Origin: Ignavibacteria bacterium
Lineage (GTDB): Bacteria > Bacteroidota > Ignavibacteria > Tepidaquicellales > OLB5
Assembly: GCA_043744495.1 (NCBI GenBank)
Contig: JAYTUN010000139.1
Coordinates: 1-58,329, forward strand
Length of the DNA stretch: 58,329 nucleotides
Reading direction: 5' to 3'
Positions 17,643-26,786 of this stretch are shown here, one piece after another. The notes under the pieces were generated by a model. The model had not been told where the DNA came from. It searched no databases and saw nothing but the letters and a program-made list of their open reading frames with translations. The stretch's first letter is position 1, and each line of letters begins with the position of its first letter. The position numbers and the translations under genes are program-made.

Positions 17643-19307
17643 TTATTTCAATTCCGCAGGAGGTTCATAAACGTAAACCATCCATTTATCGGTTTCCATA
17701 GCTTTGGTCATATCGTTGCGCACGTAGGGAGCGGTAAGCTCAGTAAATATTTTGTTCATCATGGTATTTGGATTTTTACGGTACATAATAATTCCCCGCG
17801 GATTTTTTTTAATGAACAATTTTATCTCAGAGGTTAAGCCATCTTTATCAACAGGTACATTGTAGCTGCTTATTAATATTTTTTCAGGGGGCGCAAGCTT
17901 TGTGCGGTAAGGGATATATAATATGCTTGATGTGTTATCATCGGCATCAAATATCAACGATGGGTAGCGGTTAATATTGTCGTCAATAAAGCCTATGAGC
18001 TTTGATGATTCTTCGGGCTCATCAGAGGTTACAATGAACTGAATGATCTTCGGGAAAAGCTTGTTATACTTTTCAGGGACAAATTCTTTTATATATGAAA
18101 GCGGAATACATGAGAGTATAACAACAGATACAAATGCTGACCGCAATATGCCTGAGCGCATTTTTGTAAGATCGGTATTCAATCCCGCAGCTACAATAAT
18201 TGGCGCAATGAAGAACATTAAATAAAGATAGTGCGTTGTATGATAGATTGTTGATTTAGCGCCGGCAGCCCCATTGACAAGCGCCGGCACAAGAATAGGA
18301 ATAAGCAGCGCTATTAAAATTACATTAGGATGAGTTTTATCCGCAGGAGGCTTCGTGTGATCCAAAGGATGCTTGGCAAATGCCCGCCTTTGGCGCGCAA
18401 GGACTCCTTTCGGAGCATAAAAATATAATATTCCTTTGATGAAATAATAGAAAAGTATTATAGTTAAGCCCAGAGCAAGAAAATAATATGGCAGGAAAAA
18501 TCCCTTAAGCCTCAAGCTAAGGTTTAAGCCATGAATGTTAATTGAATCAGTGTATTGATCGGCAGAGTTAATAGATTTAAATGGCTCACCATATAATACA
18601 TAACTGAGGGCAACCCACGCAGCCTGGAAAAGCAGGGTCAGCCCGATGTAATAGCAGCAGCCGTTCCTGCGCGTTAAGAATGCAAGCAAACAAAAGGGAA
18701 TGAGCACAAATATAGCTTCGGGTCTCGAGGCAAGCGCTATGAAAGAAAATATACCAGCTATAATAAAATATTTTACACTTTTTTCTGAAGCAAGCGCTAT
18801 AATAAAGTAATATATCATTATGCATGCCGCTGCGAGATATGTTTGCTGTGCATAAGGCTCGAAGTTAAGCCTGAATATTACCGGATTAAGCGTAACAATA
18901 ATAAATGCAAGCATCGCAGTTTTGAAATCGGTTAATGCAAGGGTAAGTTTAAAAACGTAAATACATGCAATTGTCATTACTGCTATCATAGTGATAGCAG
19001 ATGTAAAAAAGAGTTCATTTGTAATTTTTAATATCGGACCCATGAAGTAAAACCACAGCGGGTGACCTGATTCCGGAAGCACGAAGAACGGGTTTTGCGC
19101 CCACCACAGGGCGTTCCACACACGCGTTGCCGAATCGCCCATATCCATCATATTAAACGGGATGAGATATATTTTAACAACGATTGAAATGATAATTGCT
19201 GTTGCTATAGCGGAAACCTGAGAACAGGTGAGTTTTTCAGGCTTAAGCGTGAACGAGCCGATGCTTAGCAGCTTTGGGAATAAAAACGGTTGTTTGGTAT
19301 TTGTCAT
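17643..19307 (-). CDS. GT-C fold glycosyltransferase (ArnT/PMT, GT39/GT83-like)
   Basis: 554 aa, about 11-12 TM helices plus a C-terminal soluble domain. First-loop acidic motif MMDMGDSATRVWNALWW. Confidence 0.7.
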   Translation of the reverse strand: MTNTKQPFLFPKLLSIGSFTLKPEKLTCSQVSAIATAIIISIVVKIYLIPFNMMDMGDSATRVWNALWWAQNPFFVLPESGHPLWFYFMGPILKITNELFFTSAITMIAVMTIACIYVFKLTLALTDFKTAMLAFIIVTLNPVIFRLNFEPYAQQTYLAAACIMIYYFIIALASEKSVKYFIIAGIFSFIALASRPEAIFVLIPFCLLAFLTRRNGCCYYIGLTLLFQAAWVALSYVLYGEPFKSINSADQYTDSINIHGLNLSLRLKGFFLPYYFLALGLTIILFYYFIKGILYFYAPKGVLARQRRAFAKHPLDHTKPPADKTHPNVILIALLIPILVPALVNGAAGAKSTIYHTTHYLYLMFFIAPIIVAAGLNTDLTKMRSGILRSAFVSVVILSCIPLSYIKEFVPEKYNKLFPKIIQFIVTSDEPEESSKLIGFIDDNINRYPSLIFDADDNTSSILYIPYRTKLAPPEKILISSYNVPVDKDGLTSEIKLFIKKNPRGIIMYRKNPNTMMNKIFTELTAPYVRNDMTKAMETDKWMVYVYEPPAELK

Positions 19308-19428
19308 TAAAAATTGATTTTAATAAATACTTGATTTATTTTACTGCTCTAGTGGAACTTGAAAATGAAATTATTGATTGGATTCCCGCAGACACCTTGG
19401 CGAGACAGGCAGGGAATGACAAAATTAT

Positions 19429-20424
19429 TTACTTCAAAAAGCTTAGATTTGGTTTGCCGTTATGACCCAGCAGTCCGGCATACATTCCTTTTAAATAATA
19501 GTAACCAAGCTTCATATCACAGATTTTTGCGAACCAAACAAGCCTCCATGGGAATTTGATGCTATCTATAATATAGACAGCAAGCATTTTCCGGTAAAGC
19601 GAGTATTTGCGAAAATACAAAAATTTGTTTCGTTCTATCAGGTAGTATTCAAAGTAGTATCCCTGTTTATTATCTTTAACCCATTTATGATTATGCCAAA
19701 GCACTGCGTTTTTATTTACAACACATTTATAGCCCGCTTCATTAATGCGCCTTGCAAGATCTATTTCATCGCCATAGGCAAAATAACTTTCTTCCCACAG
19801 CCCTGTTTTGATAAGCACCTCAGTTTTTATTAATGTTGCCGCACCGCTTAAGAGCTTTACATTTAAGATTTCGGGTATTTTGCTTTCATATTCAGAATAA
19901 TTAACGCCTTCAAAAAGTTTATTGATTTTATATGAACTAAAATCAGCAATTGCGCCAAATTCCTGTACATGCTCCCTGGTTTTGCTGCCCTTCCAGTAGA
20001 AAATTATAGGGGCAGCAGCGGCAATAGAAGTGTTTTTGTTAATGGCATTAAGAAGCTCACTTAAGCAATTGCTATCAAGCAAAGTATCATTATTCAGAAA
20101 GAAAATATATTTGCAGCCATCAGCCATAGCTTTTGTTGCGCCAAGATTATTTCCTCCGGCAAAGCCTTTATTTTCGCCCGACAAAAGGTATTCGATTTTT
20201 AACCCTAAATTTTTGTTTAACTCTTTTGAAAATTCAGTATCAGCACGCTCAGGATCATTATCAACAAAATATATTTTAAAATCCTTTTCGGTTTGATCTA
20301 TAAGTGAGCTGTAGAGCATTTCAAGGTTATGTTTCTGACGGAACATTACAAGAATTATCCCGATAATATTAATTCCTGTAATATTCATTCCTGTATTATT
20401 GATTCCTGCCACCCGTATAAACAT
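19429..20424 (-). CDS. GT2-family glycosyltransferase
   Basis: IILVMFRQ..., FKIYFVDNDP, GFAGGNNLG, YGDEIDL. The start may instead be the internal Met at 20388. Confidence 0.75.
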   Translation of the reverse strand: MFIRVAGINNTGMNITGINIIGIILVMFRQKHNLEMLYSSLIDQTEKDFKIYFVDNDPERADTEFSKELNKNLGLKIEYLLSGENKGFAGGNNLGATKAMADGCKYIFFLNNDTLLDSNCLSELLNAINKNTSIAAAAPIIFYWKGSKTREHVQEFGAIADFSSYKINKLFEGVNYSEYESKIPEILNVKLLSGAATLIKTEVLIKTGLWEESYFAYGDEIDLARRINEAGYKCVVNKNAVLWHNHKWVKDNKQGYYFEYYLIERNKFLYFRKYSLYRKMLAVYIIDSIKFPWRLVWFAKICDMKLGYYYLKGMYAGLLGHNGKPNLSFLK

Positions 20425-20602
20425 AGCTGATTAATTTCAAAATTTTCCTGTGTTTCTTCATTATAGAATTAATAATAAAATGGATATTCCCGGGGTAGTT
20501 TTTTCGGAGATATAAAAATAGATTGGTAATTTTTTTTTCAGCACCGCCAAAAGCGCCGCTTGAGAAGATAACAAAAGCAGTATTTGGCAGGTCCGAGCTC
20601 AT
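20396..20602 (-). pseudogene. Possible remnant of a GT4 glycosyltransferase N-terminus
   Basis: The 68-aa ORF AFVIFSSGAFGGAEKKITNLFLYLRKNYPGNIHFII resembles the first beta-alpha unit of GT4 enzymes (GGAE motif), then ends. It overlaps the GT2 start. Confidence 0.3.
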
Positions 20603-20803
20603 TTTAACATTTATCCAATATACAGTAAATTCACTTTTTTTAGAATATTAAGTTCAAATATAGTTTACCCAAATATTTATAGATAGTAAAAAATGAAAAA
20701 AAAAGCAAAAAAGATGAAAATCTCACGTTTTAGGGGTATTAAAAACGACTTGAAGATATAATGAATCGTTCATAGATTTATATTAACAAATAATAAAAAT
20801 GCA

Positions 20804-21787
20804 ATGAAAATATTATCTTATGTTTTAGTTGTTTTAGTCATATCGGGCAGCGTTTTTTATTACGGCTGCGATGATGCAGGTCAAATTCCTATAAATGAAA
20901 CCGCTGGGCAAGTGAAGCTTATACAAAATGTAAAACTTCTACCATTGGATCCGGTAAATGATGGATTGTATAATCTATGGATAATTTTGACAGATTCAAT
21001 TGGCACACCAAGACCAGCACATCTTGGACGGTTCAACGTCCTTTCATCAGGCGAAATTGTAGATGCATCCGGAAATCCCCTCGTGTTAAAAGTTAATGCA
21101 AATGACACCACAGATCTTGCTAGGTCATTATATTCAATAATAAGTATTGATCAAGGTGTAGTTACTCAGCCCGGGTTGACAAGGATACTTGCAGGACCGG
21201 TTACGGTTTCGACAGATTCTGTAAACGCAAGATTGTTAATTACTGATACAGGTGCGGTAGGTTCGCCAATGTCATCTGCATTGGTCCCGAACAGTGTATT
21301 GTATATTGTAAATGCGCCGACAGGAACAGCGGGCGATTGCGGCAAAGGATTATGGCTTTGTGACCAGGATGGAGTACTTTCCTGGCCAATTGGCAGTGCT
21401 TTAAGACCCGGATGGGGTTGGCAGTATCATGGTTACGTTCGCAACAAAACCACAGGCGAAGTTTTTTCTACAGGTATATTTTATAGGGCAGATACAACGG
21501 ATTCTGATGGAGCAGGCGTATGTGCAGGTACTTTGGGATTAGCTTATACAAGACCGGGCGAAGACTGGGTTTTAGCTGGCTGCAGTACTTTAGGCAATAT
21601 ACTTGACGGCAACCATGAAACTTTTGTAACTCTGGAGCCGGAACTCAGACCTGGAAACGCAGCGCCGTTTGTCCTGAAGCTGTATTACCAGAATGTAATT
21701 ATATCAGGCTTAGGCTGTAACAGGCGTGATAATATGTTTACCCAAAGGACAAATATTCCGGATGTAAGTTTGAAAATAACGAGGTAA
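20804..21787 (+). CDS. Predicted lipoprotein, unknown function
   Basis: Signal peptide with lipobox-like VFYYGC. Two internal segments (YNLWIILTD..GRFNV and WQYHGYV..STGIFY) are loosely reminiscent of RskA C-terminal-type repeats. Confidence 0.55.
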   Translation: MKILSYVLVVLVISGSVFYYGCDDAGQIPINETAGQVKLIQNVKLLPLDPVNDGLYNLWIILTDSIGTPRPAHLGRFNVLSSGEIVDASGNPLVLKVNANDTTDLARSLYSIISIDQGVVTQPGLTRILAGPVTVSTDSVNARLLITDTGAVGSPMSSALVPNSVLYIVNAPTGTAGDCGKGLWLCDQDGVLSWPIGSALRPGWGWQYHGYVRNKTTGEVFSTGIFYRADTTDSDGAGVCAGTLGLAYTRPGEDWVLAGCSTLGNILDGNHETFVTLEPELRPGNAAPFVLKLYYQNVIISGLGCNRRDNMFTQRTNIPDVSLKITR

Positions 21788-21890
21788 GTATCCGAGGTAG
21801 GTTTGTAGTTCCGCCAAAGCGGGATTTCAAACTGCTTCCGCAGTTTTCAAAGTGAATCAAGTAAATTAAAGAGATTAATAAAAAATTTAA

Positions 21891-21940
21891 AGCCGATTCA
21901 AACTATTTAGCAATTAAAATAGTTTAGAGCGGCTTTTTTA
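21891..21940 (+). terminator. Hairpin plus T-run between convergent genes
   Basis: agccg..aaactattt / aaatagttt..cggc followed by tttttt. Confidence 0.5.
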
Positions 21941-21983
21941 TTGATCTTTAATTTTTCAATAAAATCGCACTGGGTAAAAACAT

Positions 21984-23120
21984 TTATCGGGTAGAATAAA
22001 ACTTTTCTATAATAGAAACTACAAATTCAATATTTTCCAGGTTTAATTCAAAAAACAGCGGAAGTCTTAACAAAACATCTGAATACATATCGGCATTGGG
22101 CAGTTTTCTTGTCCCGTGTTTTTTTAAGTAGTAAGGTGAACGGTGCAGAGAAAGATAATGAAATACAGCAACGATATCGTTTGACCTCAAAAATGCTGAG
22201 AGTTCAGTTCTTTCTTCAAGGTTACGGCAGAGAAAATAAAAAATATGCGCATTATTTGAAGCGTAATCAGGAATAACGGGTAATTTAATAAATCCTTTTT
22301 TCTGCAATTCAAGAAGCCGTGAGTAATAGGTATTCCAAAGCAGCAGCCTTTTTTCCTGAATTTCCGTCAAATGCTCAAGCTGTCCCCAAAGGTATGCCGC
22401 AACAATATCCGATGGCAGAAAAGATGAACCTATATCTACCCAATGGTATTCTTCAATTTCTTCCCTGATAAATGCGGCACGGTTAGTGCCCTTATCCCGG
22501 ATAACTTCAGCACGTTTAGCCAAATCTTCCCGGTTTACAACTATCATTCCGCCTTCACCGCAAAAAATATTTTTTGTTTCGTGGAATGAAAAAGCAGATA
22601 AGTCCCCTATGGACCCCAGCGGTTTCTTCTTATAATATGCATCCAAAGCCTGTGCCGCATCTTCGATAACGTACAGGTTATGCTTAAACGCAATTTCATT
22701 TATTTCGTCCATCATGCAGGCAATACCTCCATAATGAACAACAACAATAGCTTTGGTTTTAGGAGTTAACAGTCGTTCAATTTCCGCAGGATCGATATTA
22801 GGCAGCGTGCTCATTGAGTCCGCAAAGACAAGTTTTGCTCCGCGCAGCGCAAAAGCATTAGCCGTTGATACAAATGTGTAAGAAGGAAGAATTACTTCAT
22901 CACCCGGAGAAATATTACATAGTAAAGCAGCCATTTCAAGCGCATCGGTGCACGATGTAGTAAGAAACGCTTTTTTAAATGAATACTTTTTTTCAAAGAA
23001 ATCCTGGCACTTTTTAGCAAAGATGCCGTCACCGGAAATTTTGCCTGAGCTTACAGCTTCTTTGATATATTCAAATTCACTGCCAGCCATAAATGGCTTG
23101 TTAAAAGGAATTTTCATCAA
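21984..23120 (-). CDS. wecE: dTDP-4-amino-4,6-dideoxygalactose transaminase-like (WecE/RffA family)
   Basis: Collinear with E. coli WecE as I recall it: IPFNKP, GKISGDG, SCTDALEMAALL, PSYTFVSTANAF, FSFHETKN, IRDKGTNR, FHYLSLH, LRLPLF. Confidence 0.85.
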   Translation of the reverse strand: MMKIPFNKPFMAGSEFEYIKEAVSSGKISGDGIFAKKCQDFFEKKYSFKKAFLTTSCTDALEMAALLCNISPGDEVILPSYTFVSTANAFALRGAKLVFADSMSTLPNIDPAEIERLLTPKTKAIVVVHYGGIACMMDEINEIAFKHNLYVIEDAAQALDAYYKKKPLGSIGDLSAFSFHETKNIFCGEGGMIVVNREDLAKRAEVIRDKGTNRAAFIREEIEEYHWVDIGSSFLPSDIVAAYLWGQLEHLTEIQEKRLLLWNTYYSRLLELQKKGFIKLPVIPDYASNNAHIFYFLCRNLEERTELSAFLRSNDIVAVFHYLSLHRSPYYLKKHGTRKLPNADMYSDVLLRLPLFFELNLENIEFVVSIIEKFYSTR

Positions 23121-23143
23121 TTTTAGATAGATTTAAAAGCTAT

Positions 23144-23305
23144 TTATTAACTCAAGTTGATCGGCTTAGATACTGAAAACCGTACCGAGCTCCCGGGATG
23201 GTAACATAATTACGTTATTTCATCAAGTCCACGATTGAAGCCGTGGCCATTAAACATATATGATTATGTAATATAGCGATATAAACTATCAACTTGAGTA
23301 ATTAA
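23144..23305. mobile_element. MITE-like segment bounded by 17-18 bp inverted repeats (ttattaactcaagttga ... tcaacttgagtaattaa)
   Basis: Read directly. The left arm is the exact reverse complement of the 17-mer at 104-120. Confidence 0.5.
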
Positions 23306-23578
23306 TTTTAAACTTTATATGAATAAGGAAGTTATATTTCCGGTATATATGTTTTACCGTCTGCGCAAGTATCATACAGCGGGAATATCAAACAATATGG
23401 TAAATAAATTTCTAAATTTCATAAATATAACTATAATAAAGCGTTTAAAACAGGTATTAGTTCTTAATAAACACTCAGCAAAAACATTTTATATTAACAC
23501 TTAAGTAAGATATGAGCACAATACTGATTAAACGAAATGCAGTAAATAGATGCAGGGATGGATAAATGACCAAGAGAT

Positions 23579-24973
23579 TTACAGGTTGTATTCATCATCA
23601 GGATACTCAACCTTATAAGTTACCGCGGCAACGTAAAAAGCCGTTGACCAGAAACCCCACAAGCCAACCGATAAGCCCACGTAAGTAGTATTTATAACGC
23701 TATCAAAAAATAACCTTGAAAAGAAAATAAGAGAAAAGAATACCAGCAGATCGTTATACTTTGAATTTTTTACAATTTTAATTGTCACAATAAAATAGTA
23801 AAATTGGTAACATAACGCCAGGATAAATCCCACCAGACCGTACCCCGCCAGCACAGAAGCCCACCCGACATCAGAAAAGCCCCATGCATAAATATTTTCT
23901 TCAACTGTTTCAGCTCTGATAATCCATAGGGGGTGCATTCCAATTCCAATGAGGATATTATTTTTTTGCCATAACAGAATAAGCGCGCCTATGTTTGCAA
24001 GACGCGTACCATAGGTTCCTTCGTTATATTTAAGGTCTTCCTGTCCCTGGGAAATTCTCGCGTCTATAGCCGAGACCAGATAATCTGATTCCGGTACAAA
24101 TTTCAGAAAAGCGTAAATTAAACCTACAAGGAGAAACGTAATGACAATTATCTGTCTAAAAACGACCCGGAATTCTTTTTTCTTTAAAGAATACCAGATA
24201 AGCATAATTACAATTGTAAGAGAAAAATATACCCATGCCGAGCGACCAAATGCAAGAATGTGGGGAATGATAAACAGAATTGCAAGGAAAAGCTGGTATG
24301 TTCTGAATTTTTTGGTCATCCATGTATAAATAAAACCAAGGAAGAAAAGCTCGCCATAAAATGTACCTCCATAGACACGGAATACTTTCAGCCCGCCGGG
24401 CAGATTTTGTTCGGCAATACCTATATCGGGCAAAAAAGCGATACCCGTTACGGCGCTCATTATATATAGTACGTTTGATACAATAGCTACCGGAAGGAAT
24501 AGTTTTATAAGGTAACCAAGCGCCCTTCTTTTCAATAACAGCAGAAACGGAAAAACAAGAAAACACATCCACATACCTTTTAGCCTGAAGAAAAATTCCA
24601 GCATGTTATATTCATACAGAATAGAACTGAGTAGAAACTGAAAAAACAGGTATAAAAGAATTAGCTTAGGAATCAATATAGCCCTGCTTTTGTAAAGCTT
24701 AATGTATTCTTTTGCATCGTAGAGCGAGTATATTGTCAGTCCATAAAGAAGAAAATCAGAGATCCTTACATTTCTGTAAATAAAATAAACCTGTTTGGGC
24801 AATAATCCAAGTGTTCCGTTTTCTATGAAGAAGAAAAGGAATATTCCCCAGGCAAGGATCTTAGCATTTAGCGTAAGGTAATTTTTATGATGAAGAACCT
24901 CAGCAAAAGACTGACTTTCGTTATTAACTTTACGGGCAGTGCCCCTGAAATTATTTGCTAAACGGACTACCAA
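23579..24973 (-). CDS. O-antigen polymerase/ligase-like (Wzy_C-type) membrane protein
   Basis: 464 aa, polytopic. IIPHILAFGRSAWV loop. Paralog of 25359..26786. TTG start, with homologous N-termini in both copies. Confidence 0.65.
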   Translation of the reverse strand: MVVRLANNFRGTARKVNNESQSFAEVLHHKNYLTLNAKILAWGIFLFFFIENGTLGLLPKQVYFIYRNVRISDFLLYGLTIYSLYDAKEYIKLYKSRAILIPKLILLYLFFQFLLSSILYEYNMLEFFFRLKGMWMCFLVFPFLLLLKRRALGYLIKLFLPVAIVSNVLYIMSAVTGIAFLPDIGIAEQNLPGGLKVFRVYGGTFYGELFFLGFIYTWMTKKFRTYQLFLAILFIIPHILAFGRSAWVYFSLTIVIMLIWYSLKKKEFRVVFRQIIVITFLLVGLIYAFLKFVPESDYLVSAIDARISQGQEDLKYNEGTYGTRLANIGALILLWQKNNILIGIGMHPLWIIRAETVEENIYAWGFSDVGWASVLAGYGLVGFILALCYQFYYFIVTIKIVKNSKYNDLLVFFSLIFFSRLFFDSVINTTYVGLSVGLWGFWSTAFYVAAVTYKVEYPDDEYNL

Positions 24974-25010
24974 TATTCCCTATTAATTTATCTTTATAAA
25001 ACTTAATTTA

Positions 25011-25343
25011 ATAATTCACCTTACGCAATACCTTACACTTTTTTCCTCCGAAGGAGTCCTTCGGCAAACTCCTCCTCGCGCTTTGCCCACCTATGGTGTG
25101 GAATGCGGGGATTGGAAAGCATTTTACATGCTAAGCTCCGTTTGGCAACCACCTGACGAGGGTTGTGCAGAGCATGCTTCTCACAAAGCTGTTGCTACCC
25201 GCCACAGGCGGGTAGCAACAAGGGCAATTATGGAAAGCATGCTGTGCAAAGAATGATGCGAAGTATGCTCTGCATAAAGTTTAGAAATTATATTACGTGA
25301 TTCTTATGTATTTTTACTTGCTATGCGCAAGTTGAGGTAATAA
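25011..25343. mobile_element. MITE-like repeat, family A, copy 1
   Basis: Left end aataattcaccttacgcaataccttacac..cctccgaaggagtccttcggcaaactcc is shared with 31604 and 42969. Degenerate inverted end at 25324-25342. Internal perfect 13-bp hairpin at 25191-25219. Confidence 0.6.
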
Positions 25344-25358
25344 CTCAACAAAATAACC

Positions 25359-26786
25359 TTACACATATCTTTTTTTCCTGAATTCCTCGTAAGAATAAAC
25401 AAGAACCGGGATATAAATATTCAGCATATTAAAAAATCCCCATAGGTTTGTAGTGAGAAATACATAAGAAAAGCCAACAATGCTGTCAAAAAGCAGTTTA
25501 GAAAGCAGCAAGGTAAGCATTAAAGTATATAGCGATACCCCTTTGTTGTTCTTAATTATTTTAAATGCAATTATTGAATAATATATCTGGATAAATAATG
25601 ACAATGCAAAGCCAATAATACCATAAGCTGCCAGCACACCGGGCCAGCTTACGTCACAGAAAGCTCCATAATAGATCATTTCTTCTTTTGATTCGGGACC
25701 CACAACCCACATAGGGTGCATACCAACACCAATAAAGAAATCGCTGTTTAGCCATAGCGTTAATAACGCGCCATTCTGCAAAACAACACGTGTACCGTAA
25801 GTTCCTTCGCTATATTTAACGTCATCCTGCCACTGGAAAAGCCTTGCATTTAGGGCATCAACGTAGAAATCAGATTCGGGAATGAAATTAATAAAGGCAA
25901 ACAGTATGCCAATTCCTAATATGATAAGAATTACAGCCTGCCTTAAGAGCAGGTGGTAATTTCTTTTATTTAGCGAATTAATAAGGATCATTATAAGTAT
26001 TGTGAAAGCAAACCCCACCCAGGCTAAACGCCCGAAAGCAAGAATATGAGGAATAATAAATAACGCTAAAAGCCCCATCTGCCAAAGACGAATTCGTTTG
26101 GTTATCCAGTAGTAAACAATTCCGAGAAAAAACATTTCACCAAAGAAAGTTCCTCCATACACACGGTAAACTTCAATATCGCCGGGCAGCCGCTGCTTAA
26201 TTATAGATACATCAGGAAGAAATGGAATGCCTGTTAGCGCAGTGATAAGATACAGCACGTTTGAAATAACCGCTACCGGAAAAACGATCTTGATAAGAAA
26301 CTGCAAGCCGCCTCTTTTTATAAGAAGCAGAAAAGGGAATACCAAAAAAGATGTCCAGACGCCCTTGAGCCTGAAAAAATATTCAAGCGGATTAAACCCA
26401 TACCTGAAGTAACTAACAACAAATTCAAAAAGCAGGTAAACCAGGAAAATCTTTGCTATCAAAAAGGATTTGCTTTTAAAAAGATCTTTGTATTCACGGT
26501 AAGCAAATAAAGAGTAAACAACCAATCCATAAAGCAAAAGATCAGAGATTCTGACATTCCGATACACAAGATAATACTTTTCGGGTATAAGCCCCAATGT
26601 ACCGCGTTCTATGAAGTAAAAAAGGAAGATACATATTGCAAGTATTCTTGCCCGGAGGTTAAGTACAAGCTCTTCTTTAAGAAAATTTTCGTTGTAGAGC
26701 ACAGAAGACTTATTCGTGTTAGGAACGGATAAACGTATGTTATCTTTTCTCTTTTGGCGAAAATTATTTATTGATGTTCTTAACAA
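25359..26786 (-). CDS. O-antigen polymerase/ligase-like (Wzy_C-type) membrane protein
   Basis: 475 aa, collinear with 23579..24973 (YRNVRISD.LLYGL, FFRLKG.W, IIPHILAFGR.AWV). TTG start abuts the upstream stop. Confidence 0.65.
   Translation of the reverse strand: MLRTSINNFRQKRKDNIRLSVPNTNKSSVLYNENFLKEELVLNLRARILAICIFLFYFIERGTLGLIPEKYYLVYRNVRISDLLLYGLVVYSLFAYREYKDLFKSKSFLIAKIFLVYLLFEFVVSYFRYGFNPLEYFFRLKGVWTSFLVFPFLLLIKRGGLQFLIKIVFPVAVISNVLYLITALTGIPFLPDVSIIKQRLPGDIEVYRVYGGTFFGEMFFLGIVYYWITKRIRLWQMGLLALFIIPHILAFGRLAWVGFAFTILIMILINSLNKRNYHLLLRQAVILIILGIGILFAFINFIPESDFYVDALNARLFQWQDDVKYSEGTYGTRVVLQNGALLTLWLNSDFFIGVGMHPMWVVGPESKEEMIYYGAFCDVSWPGVLAAYGIIGFALSLFIQIYYSIIAFKIIKNNKGVSLYTLMLTLLLSKLLFDSIVGFSYVFLTTNLWGFFNMLNIYIPVLVYSYEEFRKKRYV

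Noticed and set aside
19308-19428. Partial palindrome ggattccc...gggaatg in the GT2/GT-C spacer
   Set aside because: Only about 7 bp of true complementarity flank a 24-nt non-pairing centre. That is too weak to call a structured element.
23319-23504. 61-aa ORF in the wecE-Wzy spacer
   Set aside because: It is very AT-rich and low in complexity, has no SD or family signal, and runs opposite to the surrounding operon. Its only interest is that the 17-mer motif precedes it.
24156-24572. 138-aa alternative-frame ORF within the Wzy-like gene
   Set aside because: It is on the same strand, out of frame, and inside a longer ORF whose paralog supports the main frame.
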